Assembly: GCA_040954595.2 (NCBI GenBank)
Contig: CM082583.2
Location: forward strand, 8,306,849 to 8,370,848
Length of the DNA stretch: 64,000 bases
Source of the DNA: Balanoglossus misakiensis
Lineage: Eukaryota > Animalia > Hemichordata
Direction of reading: 5' to 3'
Shown here: one piece after another, positions 49,340 to 63,300 of the stretch
How the letters are laid out: every line of letters begins with the position of its first letter
Position numbering within the stretch: position 1 is the first letter of the stretch
The notes under the pieces: model-generated
The model's input: the letters and a program-made list of their open reading frames with translations, nothing else
Told to the model about the DNA's origin: nothing
The model's database searches: none
Translations under genes and position numbers: made by a program

Positions 49340-52300
49340 TTTCTGAAAATCAAGTCAAGTCACAAATTCATATTTTCTATGTAGCCTTGAGTTTCACTGA
49401 AATATGCAAATTACTCATTACATATGCATGTTCATATATCAGAAACTCCCACCTTGCTCCATTTGAATACCATAAAACACCAAAATGATGTGAAACTCAC
49501 TTTCTTTATTCCCATGAACATCCTGAACAATTACACAACTGCTGTAAAAATCAATTGGTGCCATATCCTCCAGCCATTTTTATTTTTTCAGACTCCGCGA
49601 TTAAATTATTGGAAGATATGATAGTGTATATTGCCTAAACCTTTGGCAGTGTTCACTGACTTTATTATTGTTGATGTTTTAACCTCAGTGGTTGTATTCT
49701 TTTTGTCCAACAAATGAATCAGAGCTTGTAGATTGAAGTTAACAGGAAAATTTCCTGAATAAACCGTGTGTACATTCTGCTTGCCAGTGCCGATTCAATT
49801 AAAAGGTTAGGTATTGAGGTTGAGCCACATAAAATTGAAATGACGCAGTGCATTTGCCTTGTGAGACCCAAGGGATTTTGCCGTTAGCTTTGCAACAAAT
49901 CACCCACTACTCTTTGATTGTTAATATTCATTGAATACTAACTCAAGATATTATAGCTTTTCATTTCTAAATATTCCCAAAGGAATTGTTCTGTATCTGA
50001 TTATACAGTGAACTTAAGCCAACCTCTAGTGGTTTTTTTGTGCAGTATTTTTTAGGAGTTGATTCTGACATTGAAACAAAAAGAAACACACAGTCACACA
50101 AAAAAATAAAATTAGGCTTGTGCCTCTGTAGTAAACAATTTTATATACCATCCTGACAGGTCAGTTACAAGTGAATCATATTCAAGTATTATGCCAACAT
50201 CTGCTGACACAGTTTTGTCTTAATTGCGATACTACAGGGCTTCAGCTTTGTGTTTAAATACATCATACAAGTTGTTGAAATCTCAAATAGCAGCTGTACG
50301 ACACAAATTTGAGCTTTCGTGAAAAGATGAGAATGAAAGATAATCTATTAATGTAATTTTATATCAATTTTACTGTGCATGGTGATTGTATAAAGTGTTT
50401 GCCATAAAGAGTGTAATTAAATGTACGTGCCACACAGAAAGATATGTGTAATAAATCACCTGCTAAGTTGCTGTAATGACATCAATCATTTTTATTTGTG
50501 TAAATTCTATTCAGTTTTCTAGCAAGAAATGCATCTCAACCTGTAAACAGAACACTCGAGTGGGGGAAAAAAATAGTGACCAGAAGTATAGTTACATATG
50601 ACATTTCACAGTGAAAAGGTTTCTAACACGCATTTTGTGTTTCTTCGTTTCTGCATTAAATCTGTCGGCGGAAGTAAAGGTTTCTCTCGGCAGAAGAAAA
50701 AGAGAGTGTTTGAATGCCTAACTGCGTCTGCAAATGACACCTGCGGAAGCCGTCATTATCGCTTCTAAATGGAGTGGCTAATGTATGGGCGGGTGTGTAA
50801 GGCACACTTTGATTTCAAAGACGAGATCTTACCCCCGATGACATTTCCAAACCATTAGTACCCCCGTACATAGGAGTATAATGACCCATTTCAGTGCTAA
50901 TCAATTTGGGACTCTACAAGTTGCAATGGAGCTCCGCACTAAATGCATCCCAGTTAAAACTCGATCCCTTAATTCCTTTTGAAGGAATTGAACTCGTCAA
51001 TTTCTAGATCGTCGGTGCTATTTGAAATCTGGACAAAAATGCAGTTTAGATAGAACCTAACAGAAATAACAGAACATTTCTCACGATCAACTCACCCAGA
51101 GAGCATCATCTCTTAATAACTGTGATAATTTTCTGAATTATATGTCACCTTTAAAATTTTGCTATAGAAGATACAGTTTCAACATCATAGTACAGGCAAA
51201 ATAGAAAGTAGGTTTTACTTACAGTTGCTGAACAAGTTTACTTGCTTTGAACGTGTTTGTCAGTGTAGCCAACAGAACGGCCACAAAGCTACATTGTATA
51301 TAGATTTCCCCTCGAGCTGTACCAAGCGAAGGCTATGGGCCGGCTGCCCTGAGTAATGATAAATCTTTGCTTCTAAGAGTCGACACAAACTAAAAAAAAA
51401 TCCCAGGAACTAAATCAAAAGTAATACAGCTAATATTGCAGCGCTTTTCTCACTGTATAAAAGCTTTACTCAGTAACTGCATTAAAGCTTTCAAATAATT
51501 TGGGCCAAACTATTTTGAAGATGGGGGAGCATGTGATCCATATGCAACTGTTGTATTCATCAGGAGGCAATTTCCTGTAAATGTATATACCTGTTCATAA
51601 ATTCAAATATCGTTTTCAAGTTATTGTGCGTGGGGAAGTGTGTGCCTCTTCTGTTTCCTGGGCTGCATTTTGATTAACGTCTTTCAAGTAAAAAGGTAGT
51701 TGTTAACAGACTATTCAGGGCTGTATGAAAATATAAATTCTGCACAGATTTGAGTTCTTTATAGTGTTCGCCACAAAATGTAATGAACAGTATCCATTTC
51801 ATTATTTTAGATAACAAAAAATTTAATGAAACTGAGCCAGGAAAACTGTGATGTGTTTTTTTCCTTCTCCCGTTTCAAATTGATGGAATTATTATGCGAT
51901 AAAGGCAACAATTGTGCTTGGCGCCAGTATCAAAATTGATTGCTACGGATACTGATTCCTGTTGGCTCTGATTGCATCATTGATGTGGAAATATTATTAG
52001 TTTGTCCCATCCGAACATCATTGCTGTAATTGTTATGATCAGCACACCGACCCACATCGATGACTCAGTAGATGATCAAATTACGGTGGCCATCCTAACG
52101 TATCTAAGTCTACAAAAATGTATATCTTTGAATGACATTATGAGATGCATCAACACTTACTCCTGTAGGCATACGGAGAGAATACTAATATAAAATAAAT
52201 TGTCTTTTCATTTGAAGGAAACAGCTAGGCTATTATCACTCAGACAGCCAGACTATTCTCCATCAAGAGTTTCTAAAATCCCGATTCCTATTTCTCAAGG

Positions 52301-55300
52301 AGGTGCACTTAACTAAAAGCAAAACAGAATTCCTTTTATGACTTATGATTTAAAAAATACATGTATATTGTATATTGCTTTGATTGCTTCCACAAAAAAC
52401 AAACATTGAAATGCACCTATTCCAACTAGCTTGCACATTGTCAAGATGATTTTAGAATAGTCACCTCAAAGCAGTAATGATTCGATTTACCTGTCATGGA
52501 GCCAGCGGCTAATCAAATTGCAACTTGCAAAAGAAGACAGCTGATAGAATCCCAGATCCAATTGTAACTTGACCATTTGCATCGTTTTCTGCAAAGCCTG
52601 CGTATAAGCTCTGGCGCAGTTTGCATTGAAATACGATCATTTGCCGTGAGCTTTCTTTTCTGAGAGAGAAAGAGAGAGAGAGAGAGGAAGAAAGGGACCC
52701 GAGGTGTGCCATCAATAGAGCCGCAAGATCAATCCAGTGATTGCAATTCAAGTCACCATTTCAGATCTCCGATACATATCAGCAACCTCAGCTACTTCAT
52801 CCCGCTTGCCGCCAAGATCACTCTCGCCAAATTGTTCATACACACTGCTCTCGTTTAAACAAACAAACAAGGAATGCTTTTTTTTCAAAAGGAAATGCCA
52901 CCAAAATTATTGAAAACCAAACAAATAAATTACAGAATCAATATATGATTAAATTAGTTTGTATATAATCTGTTCAATCTTTAATTACCAAATAAAATGC
53001 ACATTTTCTTTCCTTTTCTTCTAATAATGATCAATTTTAAATTTATCTTGCAGTAAATTACATCCTAATTTAAGCTCAAGCGGCACTTTAATTACTGACT
53101 TTGTTCGGCTGTAAATTTTGGCTCGCCTGTTTATAGACTCTTCAAAGAACACTATTTTCTAGTGCGTTGACCTTTGACATTTGATGCAGAATTCTGCATT
53201 TTATCGAAGATTTCAATCTGGAGCTGACTCGACCCGGGTGCATCACTTGTGAGGCAGGGATCACTTCCTTTAATAGCAATCACGGAGAAGGCAACCGGGC
53301 ATGTCACCAAGTCATCTCGGTGCGGTCATTAAATCTTGCCGGGGAAGTGCGGGTATATTTTACGGCAGCAAATGCATCAACCAATGAACTGCATCAACCC
53401 TCAGACGTCCAGGATATGAGAAAAAATTATCTCCAGAGAGCTATGGCAGGAAAATTATAAACTTTGAAGTTAGGGTCTTTTATTCATCATTATAAGAAAG
53501 GCATAAATAAAGGTAAAAGATATTATTTCATAAACTGTAAATGTCAGTGATCATTATATTGTCATTATCCAGTTTAAGTTCCCAGTTTAACAATTTTCCC
53601 CTCATATTGTTTTTCCGACGACTCCACTAATATACTGTACCATTGAAAGTCCATGTGAAATACCATTGAAACATGTCATTGTCACTTGGATTGTACATGT
53701 ACATTAATTTTCCTTTCATTTTTCTACATTTGTAGACATTGCCTAAAAAAAAAAAATTCAAAGAAAAAAGAAGTCTGCATTGGATAAGCAAAATTACCAT
53801 GGAAACCAGTATTTAGCAGAACTTAATTTTCACCCTGAAGCGATTTCCAATTTCTTTAAAAGTCTCTTCCTTGTCAAGCCAAGCATTCGGGTGCAGGATA
53901 TTTGCATGCTTTCTCATTCAGTCTTAATGGTCAGCAAAAGAAACCCAATTAGTCGAGTAAACGAGACCACTCTGTCATGATTAAATACAAGTTCCATGTA
54001 CAGAGAGAGAAGCTTCAATTCATCAAGCAGATAATAGCTCATTTACTGTCATGTTTTTGGGCTACCCGAAAGAAAAGATAAACGTGCGACTGAAAACAAG
54101 ACACGTCACAGCTTTCAAAACTGTATTTACTCGTTTAAATGAGCTGCGTTCTTTGTATATAATCAACAATGTCAGCTTTGTGCTTGTGTTTATAATATGA
54201 TACAGGGTATAAGCTCATACTTAATGACCGAGATGTAATATTGACTAAGATGTATTCACAAATACATGTACCATTAGGAAAAATGAAGTTTTCAGGTATC
54301 TCAATCCAGAAACCCTTTTTGTGAAAAAAAATCATCAACTAACACTGTTTCGTCGTAGCCATTAAATGTGCTTTCAGAAATTACTCAACTGCATTGAAAC
54401 GCTCCATTACCAGTTTTTACATTTCATTTATACACAGCCCATTATCTAATGTTAATGCAAAATTCTTCGTGTTTTTGAATTATTTTGATACCCTGGGAGA
54501 GTTCAAAACTGTACAATAAGAGGCAGGATGTGAAGCAAATGTGATAGAATGTACATTTTGTATTATACTCTTGCACGTTATGCAAAGCTTTCACTTTATG
54601 TAATCTGAGGAAAGTGAAATTTGGTTTGGGGGAGAGTGACCTTGATGACCCTTACTTTGAAGACATACTGAGTACTCGTCATTTTGGTGATCATATTTTG
54701 CCCAGTTTTAATGCAATAATCCATTGCATAAACAACATATATTTCTGTGTATAAGATATGTCGTTTTCATCTCAGTAATCTTTGTCAGTTATGAAACATT
54801 GTGCTATTACAGTATACATGATGTTTAAAAAGTATCAAAGCTTATCTGTTTTTAAAAGTCAAAATTGACAGAAACACTTAATGTGACTGTCAAGGAGATT
54901 TAAAAGATGAAATCATGTCTGATTTTTATCCCCCCAGAAATAGACTTTTGAATTATGACAGTGTTCCTGCTAAGGCTTATAATCTGTTGTGCTAGTTGTG
55001 CAGTGTTTAAGATTGAAAGATGATGAAAACAAACTGTCAGTAAAGTCAATTAATTTTTAGCTCAACTTGACAAAAATCTAGTCAGAATGGGTTGTCAATA
55101 AATTTGCTCAGCTTAAATATATAATACATTTAAAGTCAGACTAATTTATTTCAAATTGACACTACTGTGACATTTACGCATCTTCTTAGATAGGCAGACA
55201 ATACTTATTCTCTTCTCTTTTTATTAGGATGTGTGCTCGTTAAACCATTGGCCAATTTAACTCGACCACTCAATTTCCTCTCATAAATTGTGAGCAAATT

Positions 55301-55383
55301 GAGTCAAAATTGATTTCCGCTCACTGTGTATTTAATGCCTAATTACCGATTCTTCCCAAGGATGCGCTGAAAAACTTGGAGTT

Positions 55384-55760
55384 AGGGAGTCATGCTGTAT
55401 AAAATTACTGGCTTAGGGATACCTTCAGTACTAATGGTGCTTGGGAGTCATACGGCAAAGTTAAATTCAAATGGCTTAGGGGTACTTTTGACACTTGCTG
55501 TGAATATAATGTTGCCAGTGGGTCTTGCTTAATAAGTTAATTACTGCTACTGCACAGTACAATCACATCAAGTGACATTGCAAAGGGTTACCACCAACAG
55601 TTACTCTATATCGAATATTGCTGGGGAGTCTAGCAATAAATCACTGAGTTAGGTATACCTGCAATATTAGCTGTGACAGTAATGGTGCCAGGGGAGCCTA
55701 GTCATAAATAACTGGTGCAGCAGTTACTGTGATTGCTTGGGTGAGTATAATATTGCCTCT
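55384..55760. repeat. Degenerate tandem repeat (~55-70-bp units)
   Basis: Recurring blocks aatggtgc/aatgttgc/aatattgc...ggg(g)agtc...aaat(t/c)actg(g)...ttagg(g/t)(a/g)tac. Confidence 0.5.
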
Positions 55761-57520
55761 TTATCACTGGTAGGATCCTATTTGACATGTAACCCACTGA
55801 CGCATTTTATAAAAAATGTCAGTTGTTTCCTGAAAGTGGATAAATCATTTACTTCCGAGCTGTATAAAAAATAACGCTTTCAATTTGTTATTGGAAATGT
55901 GCAGTTATATACACACACTGAATGCACATACTTTTATTTGACAAAAAAAACTGGAAACCAATGAATAGTTCACCTAATTAATTCACAGCAAAAAAATCAC
56001 AAGATAAGCACCCTTTAATAGTATATCAAACCCACCCCAGATATAAAATGGTTCTGCCCTGAAACGTGACGCCAACGTAAGGCAAAAGAAAACCCTCAGT
56101 GTGCATGTAGGTTCATAAATTACTTAAATATTCAGTCTGACGCCGGAGCAAATATGCTGCTTTGCTTTAACACTGCAGCAATTTTATCAATCCAGATAGC
56201 TGTGTGTCGTGTAAATTGACAAAGGCAGTCTTTGGAGAACACCTACGCTCATATGTTGCTTGTGTATAGTCACTCCAATTCAAAAGGCAGTGTATAATTC
56301 TCTGTTGAGTGTGTTAGGAAATAGTAATCTGAATCGTCGCATATCTTACATCAAGGTAGGTGCGATCAATCTCATAACAGCAGCTGACAATTTTCATGCT
56401 TCATGAAAACAAAAATGATCTCACAGGTGATGTACTCTTTGAAGCCTGTAAAAATTAAATCAGATTACTATTCAAGTCACATCAAAACTTGAAGTTGACT
56501 TAATCGTTGCTTAAATCCATGGAAAGATCGATGCAAATCCGAGGTGGGGACAGGAATTTCAGTATACTGAAGTCGAATGTCAGTGCTAATTTGTAAATAT
56601 CAAATTGTGCCTTCCTATAAAAATCAGCAGATATAGTCAAAATCAATGACAGTTACTTTGATAAGGTTCTCCTAATCAAAAGCGAAACTGCAGTTTAACA
56701 CTAGATTTTATTGTTTCCTCTGCTTCCTCACATATCAACAGCTGTGATTGATTTTGTCATAAACCTGTGAAGATATTGAAATCTCATACTGAAAAAAAAT
56801 GATTGATGGATACTTGAAATTCATGGCACATAGCAGCTCTCCTGTTTTTCTCCTTTTCACCTGTCTGCTACAGTTACTTCTTTTCTCGGCAGGATCTTTT
56901 TATGCAACATGCCCCAGAGTATTTGTATCAAGTTTAGTGTACTGGCTGTTGCTCGCTGCACAAAAATATATTCAGCTTGTTGGTGCATAATTTGCTCGAG
57001 AAAACAATTCAGTGTAATAATTGCTTCAGTGTAGCCAAATTAATTGACTCTATTGGTCCAACTTTTGTGGGACATTTTGTGAATTAATTTTAAAATCTCT
57101 GGGTTTTGTCTTATAGAACTTTTGTACTAACAGAAAGTTTTAAGTCCATGGACATTAAATACTTTAATCAACGAGATGTTTAAATTAATATACATTAATA
57201 AATGCAAGAATATTTTTATATGATACAACATTTCTTTAACTCCATAAAAAATAACTGTAAACAGGACTTACTTGTTTATATTCCCCCCGATTGAGTCAGT
57301 CTCCAAACACAGATTGAGTGAAAGTATATCTTCAGAATTCCCATCTGCTGCTTTTGTTTACCATGACAACAGATAGATTTTGCTCCTCATCCCAACTGTC
57401 AGAGTAAAATGAGAGATTATGCATGTAACATGCTGACAATATACTGAGCTGATCACACTTCCTTTGGGCTGATCTATGTGACCTGAAACCTCCCACGCTG
57501 AGTGGAATGATCCTTGTGCT

Positions 57521-57749
57521 TTAAGGGGGCAACCATTTGTCAGTAGGGAGGGAGGTTAATATGGAAAAGTGTGAAATTTAAGTTTTCGAATGTTTAAGTC
57601 TTCTTATAGATTAATTGCCAGATTGAAGGATACATTTTCTGGTGATTTTTAAAGGTACACATGATTTACCAATTCTAATGTGCAACATATATATTTTTTT
57701 ATTTTGACAAGATTTGTCCCTCCCTATAAATGAAATGGATTCCCCCTAA
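57521..57749. mobile_element. MITE-like element with imperfect TIRs (PIF/Harbinger Tourist-like)
   Basis: Left end ttaagggggcaaccattt...tagggaggga versus reverse complement of the right end ttagggggaatccattt...tagggaggga. Ends are TAA/TTA-type. Confidence 0.55.
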
Positions 57750-59131
57750 CCGCATTGAAGTCACCCACCCGTGTATTTGCCAATCTACAACTGATGTTTA
57801 ACGGACCATGTTTAAACTCATTTTCTTAAAAATTCAATTTCCTTTCAGCTTTCAAGTACCTATACACTAGAGGTCAACTGAAAAGGCCAGGCAGGCGCTG
57901 TAGATAATGAACGAGCAGGCAAAGAATCCAAGAGGGGGGAAAAACACACACAAGATCTTAAAGTAGTAAGATCACATGAAAGCCCCCTTGGAAAGTAACT
58001 TCTGAGGCGTCCAATTATTACAAACATCATGCTTTCATTTTTGACTCTTTTCACAGCGCCCTCACACGGTGACAACTGAAGATGGATGGGTGGTTGGGAC
58101 ATTTATGCGTCGCACGCTGACATCATCCGTCTTGCCAACCGCAAAATGATGAAGCCTGCTGTGTGAGTCAGCGAAGCGATTGTCTCACAGACAGATTACT
58201 GTGCCAGGAAGCATGCTCATCAGTGGATTAAAACCGACTGCATGTCTCCTATGACAGGTACGGTATATAAAACTTCCCAGTGATAACATCTGAGACAGGG
58301 GAATAGTTACTTTCAGGTTAAAAACACTGTTTTTGTGGGTTTTTCCCCATTAGAGCTAAGTTAATCTAATTCACGTACTGATGGTGCCGTGTACTTACAA
58401 TTGTAGTTCTCTTAAAGGAAAAAGATTACACAGGAGCTATCACAATTGTATTTTCTGCGATAACAACATTTGAAGATTGCTTCCTATCTGTCCTCGACTG
58501 TTCTGTTCATTTCACAGTAAAAAAGAAACCTGTGTATAGAATGAATGAACAGAGTAAAATGTCATCGCCCATATGTAATTGAATTCACAGCGCATTCAAG
58601 TCTTATACACATGGATGAATGAATGAACAGAACAGGAACAATATCAATTTGTTAAACAGTGACTAAAAGGAGACAAATGGATTTTTAAACATTTACCTGC
58701 GAGATTGACGGGCAGGAGAAATTGAAAAATCTTTCCATCATTTTGCGGTTTTTCTGTGCATTACTTTTTTGGAGAAATATGAAACTTAGGAATTCGAAAA
58801 ATAGTCATTTTTATAAATTCGCATAATTTAAACTTTTAAATCTATGAAAAAATGATTATTGGTGCAAAAATAGATAGGACAAATTAAATACATGTACTTA
58901 CTGATATCTATCAAGTCAAGATGAACTGGCAGATAAAATACTGGATGGAGATCGATTGACAAATTATAAAAGAAGGAGAGAGATAATGAAATTTCATAAT
59001 GTAACATATCACTAAACCACCATCCGTTTTTAACACGCAGAACTGTACCGGTTTGTGTCGTTCCACGTTTCTTCAGTGATAGCCGGGCGTGATTTGAGTG
59101 AAATCAAGACATCCAATCAAGTGAAATCGGC

Positions 59132-59633
59132 ATGGCGTTGAAGAGGGTGTCTTGTTTACCGATGCTCGGAGGATTCTGCGTCGGCATGCTGATCTCGGCT
59201 TCGTTAGTTCTCTTTGCAACTCCGCACAGGCAGCGTAATCACCCGCCGGAGGCCAGCTTTCGCGAGTCCGACGGTTCGCCCGGATCCGCACACGCACGGA
59301 CGAACAACAGGAACTTAAAGAACGACGAGTCGGTCGGCGTTGAATCCCCGCCGCAACCCGGCGACGCTCGGCACCACCGCTCCGCCGGCAGCTTCCAAGT
59401 CGCCGCGGCCGACGGGAGACAGCACAGCGGCGTTCCAAGATTCGCCCGGGGTGAGCTATCGATGCGCAAGTTACTCTACTCGGCAGTAAACGTGGCCGAT
59501 TTCCAGATTAATCGCTGGGGTAAAGCTGTGAAGGAGACTTGGGGACAGTACTCGAAGGATTACTCTCTCTTCATCAGCACGGCTGGAGATGGCCCGACTA
59601 CAGATATCAATCTACCCGTGGTTACGCTAGCAG
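59132..59633 (+). CDS. CHPF: Chondroitin polymerizing factor (CHPF/CHPF2)-like protein, coding exon 1; the rest lies beyond the window or is unrecognised
   Basis: N-terminal TM (MLGGFCVGMLISASLVLFA) and a low-complexity stem. Then PRFARGELSMRKLLYSAV...WGKAVKETWGQ...SLFI...LPVVTLA+G|gtgagt, resembling the CHPF motif RY-x-x-TELGIR-x-x-L-x-VAV...LGVAVNRTL...VVTLG. Confidence 0.65.
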
Positions 59634-60316
59634 GTGAGTTAAACTGCCTAGACAACTTACGCTGATTGGAATCCCTGATAATTACTCGCATTGCTGTTCG
59701 GCTCTATCAACTGATAAGATTGATTCGTTTTGCAGGCCAAAGTAAATTCCGTCTGATATTAATCATGGAAAGCCTCGTTTGACAGTCTCATCTGCGGGAT
59801 TTGGTAATATTCTGTCAATAAAATATATTCAATGCAGTGAATTTTTTTCCATTCCAATGTACGTGCTGCTGGGAATAATTTTAAAGAGTGAAGAGCCAGC
59901 TTTAGACAGAAATTGTAAGTTTGATGAATGCTTTGAACCACAATGACACGCATGCATATGCATGCATCTTTTTCTGAGTTTTTGAAGGGCTCGCTAATTA
60001 AATAGGAGAGGATGTGATGAAAAATTCCATTGAAATTCTTTGTATCTGTTAGTCCCTGCAGCACCTGAACGCGACTTTAATTCCATTGAAGCGGAAATAG
60101 GGGAATCAAACAAAATTTCAATAAATATGAAGAGTGAGAAAGTGATGATATCACATTCCTCCCTGTATCTGCGCGATCGACATCATGATTAAATTTTGTC
60201 GATGCCCCTCTTACAAATGTTGTCTTCGACAAATGAAACATTTCCTTCTTTAGGCAAATATGCTAAGGCTGTACCAAATCCATAAAACCTTACTTTAAAT
60301 GCCAAGATGATTACTA

Positions 60317-63300
60317 CACAACTAAAGTTCACCAGGTCTGCACCAGGTGCGGTGCATGTCCGGTGCATGTCTGACCAACAGGTCATGTGCAGCAATATGG
60401 CCCCAGACCTGCAGCAGTCTGCTGGATCAGACCTGCACCAGGCCTGTCCCGTCAGACCTGCACCAGGCCTGTCCCATCAGACCTGCACCAGGCCTGTTCC
60501 GTCAGACCTGCACCAGGCCTGTCACGTCAGACCTGCACCAGGCCTGTCACGTCAGACCTGCACCAGGCCTGTCAGAACAGACCTGCACCAGGCCTGTCAT
60601 GTCAGACCTGCACCAGGCCTGTCACGTCAGACCTGCACCAGGCCTGTCACGTCAGACCTGCACCAGGCCTGTCACGTCAGACCTGCACCAGGCCTGTCAC
60701 GTCAGACCTGCACCAGGCCTGTCACGTCAGACCTGCAGCAGGCCTGTCACGTCAGACCTGCACCAGGCCTGTCACGTCAGACCTGCACCAGGCCTGTCAC
60801 GTCAGACCTGCACCAGGCCTGTCACGTCAGACCTGCACCAGGCCTGTCACGTCAGACCTGCAGCAGACCTGTCAGAACAGACCTGCAGCAGGCCTGTCAC
60901 GTCAGACCTGCAGCAGACCTGTCAGAACGGACCTGCACCAGGCCTGTCCCGTCAGACCTGCACCAGGCCTGTCACGTCAGACCTGCACCAGGCCTGTCAC
61001 GTCAGACCTGCACCAGGCCTGTCACGTCAGACCTGCACCAGGCCTGTCACGTCAGACCTGCAGCAGACCTGTCAGAACAGACCTGCACCAGGCCTGTCCC
61101 GTCAGACCTGCACCAGGCCTGTCACGTCAGACCTGCACCAGGCCTGTCACGTCAGACCTGCACCAGGCCTGTCACGTCAGACCTGCAGCAGGCCTGTCAC
61201 GTCAGACCTGCACCAGGCCTGTCACGTCAGACCTGCAGCAGACCTGTCACGTCAGACCTGCACCAGGCCTGTCACGTCAGACCTGCACCAGGCCTGTCAC
61301 GTCAGACCTGCAGCAGGCCTGTCAGAACTGACCTGCAGCAGGCCTGTCAGAACAGACCTGTTGCATGTCTGTCAGAACAGACCTGGTGCAGGTCTGGCAG
61401 ATCAGACCTGTGGCAGGTCTGACAGATCAGGTCTGGTGCATGGCTTGCATGTCAGACATGCAGCATACCTGACAGGGCAGGTATGCTGCACGCATGTGAC
61501 AGACCCGGTGCAGACAAATCCTGGTGCAGGTCTGTCAATCTTTAGCTGTGCACAACTAAAGTTCACCAGGTCTGCACCAGGTGCGGTGCATGTCCGGTGC
61601 ATGTCTGACCAACAGGTCATGTGCAGCAATATGGCCCCAGACCTGCAGCAGTCTGCTGGATCAGACCTGCACCAGGCCTGTCCCGTCAGACCTGCACCAG
61701 GCCTGTCCCATCAGACCTGCACCAGGCCTGTTCCGTCAGACCTGCACCAGGCCTGTCACGTCAGACCTGCACCAGGCCTGTCAGAACAGACCTGCACCAG
61801 GCCTGTCATGTCAGACCTGCACCAGGCCTGTCACGTCAGACCTGCACCAGGCCTGTCACGTCAGACCTGCACCAGGCCTGTCACGTCAGACCTGCACCAG
61901 GCCTGTCACGTCAGACCTGCAGCAGGCCTGTCACGTCAGACCTGCACCAGGCCTGTCACGTCAGACCTGCACCAGGCCTGTCACGTCAGACCTGCACCAG
62001 GCCTGTCACGTCAGACCTGCACCAGGCCTGTCACGTCAGACCTGCAGCAGACCTGTCAGAACAGACCTGCAGCAGGCCTGTCACGTCAGACCTGCAGCAG
62101 GCCTGTCACGTCAGACCTGCACCAGGCCTGTCCCGTCAGACCTGCACCAGGCCTGTCACGTCAGACCTGCACCAGGCCTGTCACGTCAGACCTGCACCAG
62201 GCCTGTCACGTCAGACCTGCACCAGGCCTGTCACGTCAGACCTGCACCAGGCCTGTCACGTCAGACCTGCAGCAGACCTGTCAGAACAGACCTGCACCAG
62301 GCCTGTCCCGTCAGACCTGCACCAGGCCTGTCACGTCAGACCTGCACCAGGCCTGTCACGTCAGACCTGCACCAGGCCTGTCACGTCAGACCTGCAGCAG
62401 GCCTGTCACGTCAGACCTGCACCAGGCCTGTCACGTCAGACCTGCAGCAGACCTGTCACGTCAGACCTGCACCAGGCCTGTCACGTCAGACCTGCACCAG
62501 GCCTGTCACGTCAGACCTGCAGCAGGCCTGTCAGAACTGACCTGCAGCAGGCCTGTCAGAACAGACCTGTTGCATGTCTGTCAGAACAGACCTGGTGCAG
62601 GTCTGGCAGATCAGACCTGTGGCAGGTCTGACAGATCAGGTCTGGTGCATGGCTTGCATGTCAGACATGCAGCATACCTGACAGGGCAGGTATGCTGCAC
62701 GCATGTGACAGACCCGGTGCAGACAAATCCTGGTGCAGGTCTGTCAATCTTTAGCTGTGCACAACTAAAGTTCACCAGGTCTGCACCAGGTGCGGTGCAT
62801 GTCCGGTGCATGTCTGACCAACAGGTCATGTGCAGCAATATGGCCCCAGACCTGCAGCAGTCTGCTGGATCAGACCTGCACCAGGCCTGTCCCGTCAGAC
62901 CTGCACCAGGCCTGTCCCATCAGACCTGCACCAGGCCTGTTCCGTCAGACCTGCACCAGGCCTGTCACGTCAGACCTGCACCAGGCCTGTCAGAACAGAC
63001 CTGCACCAGGCCTGTCATGTCAGACCTGCACCAGGCCTGTCACGTCAGACCTGCACCAGGCCTGTCACGTCAGACCTGCACCAGGCCTGTCACGTCAGAC
63101 CTGCACCAGGCCTGTCACGTCAGACCTGCAGCAGGCCTGTCACGTCAGACCTGCACCAGGCCTGTCACGTCAGACCTGCACCAGGCCTGTCACGTCAGAC
63201 CTGCACCAGGCCTGTCACGTCAGACCTGCACCAGGCCTGTCACGTCAGACCTGCAGCAGACCTGTCAGAACAGACCTGCAGCAGGCCTGTCACGTCAGAC

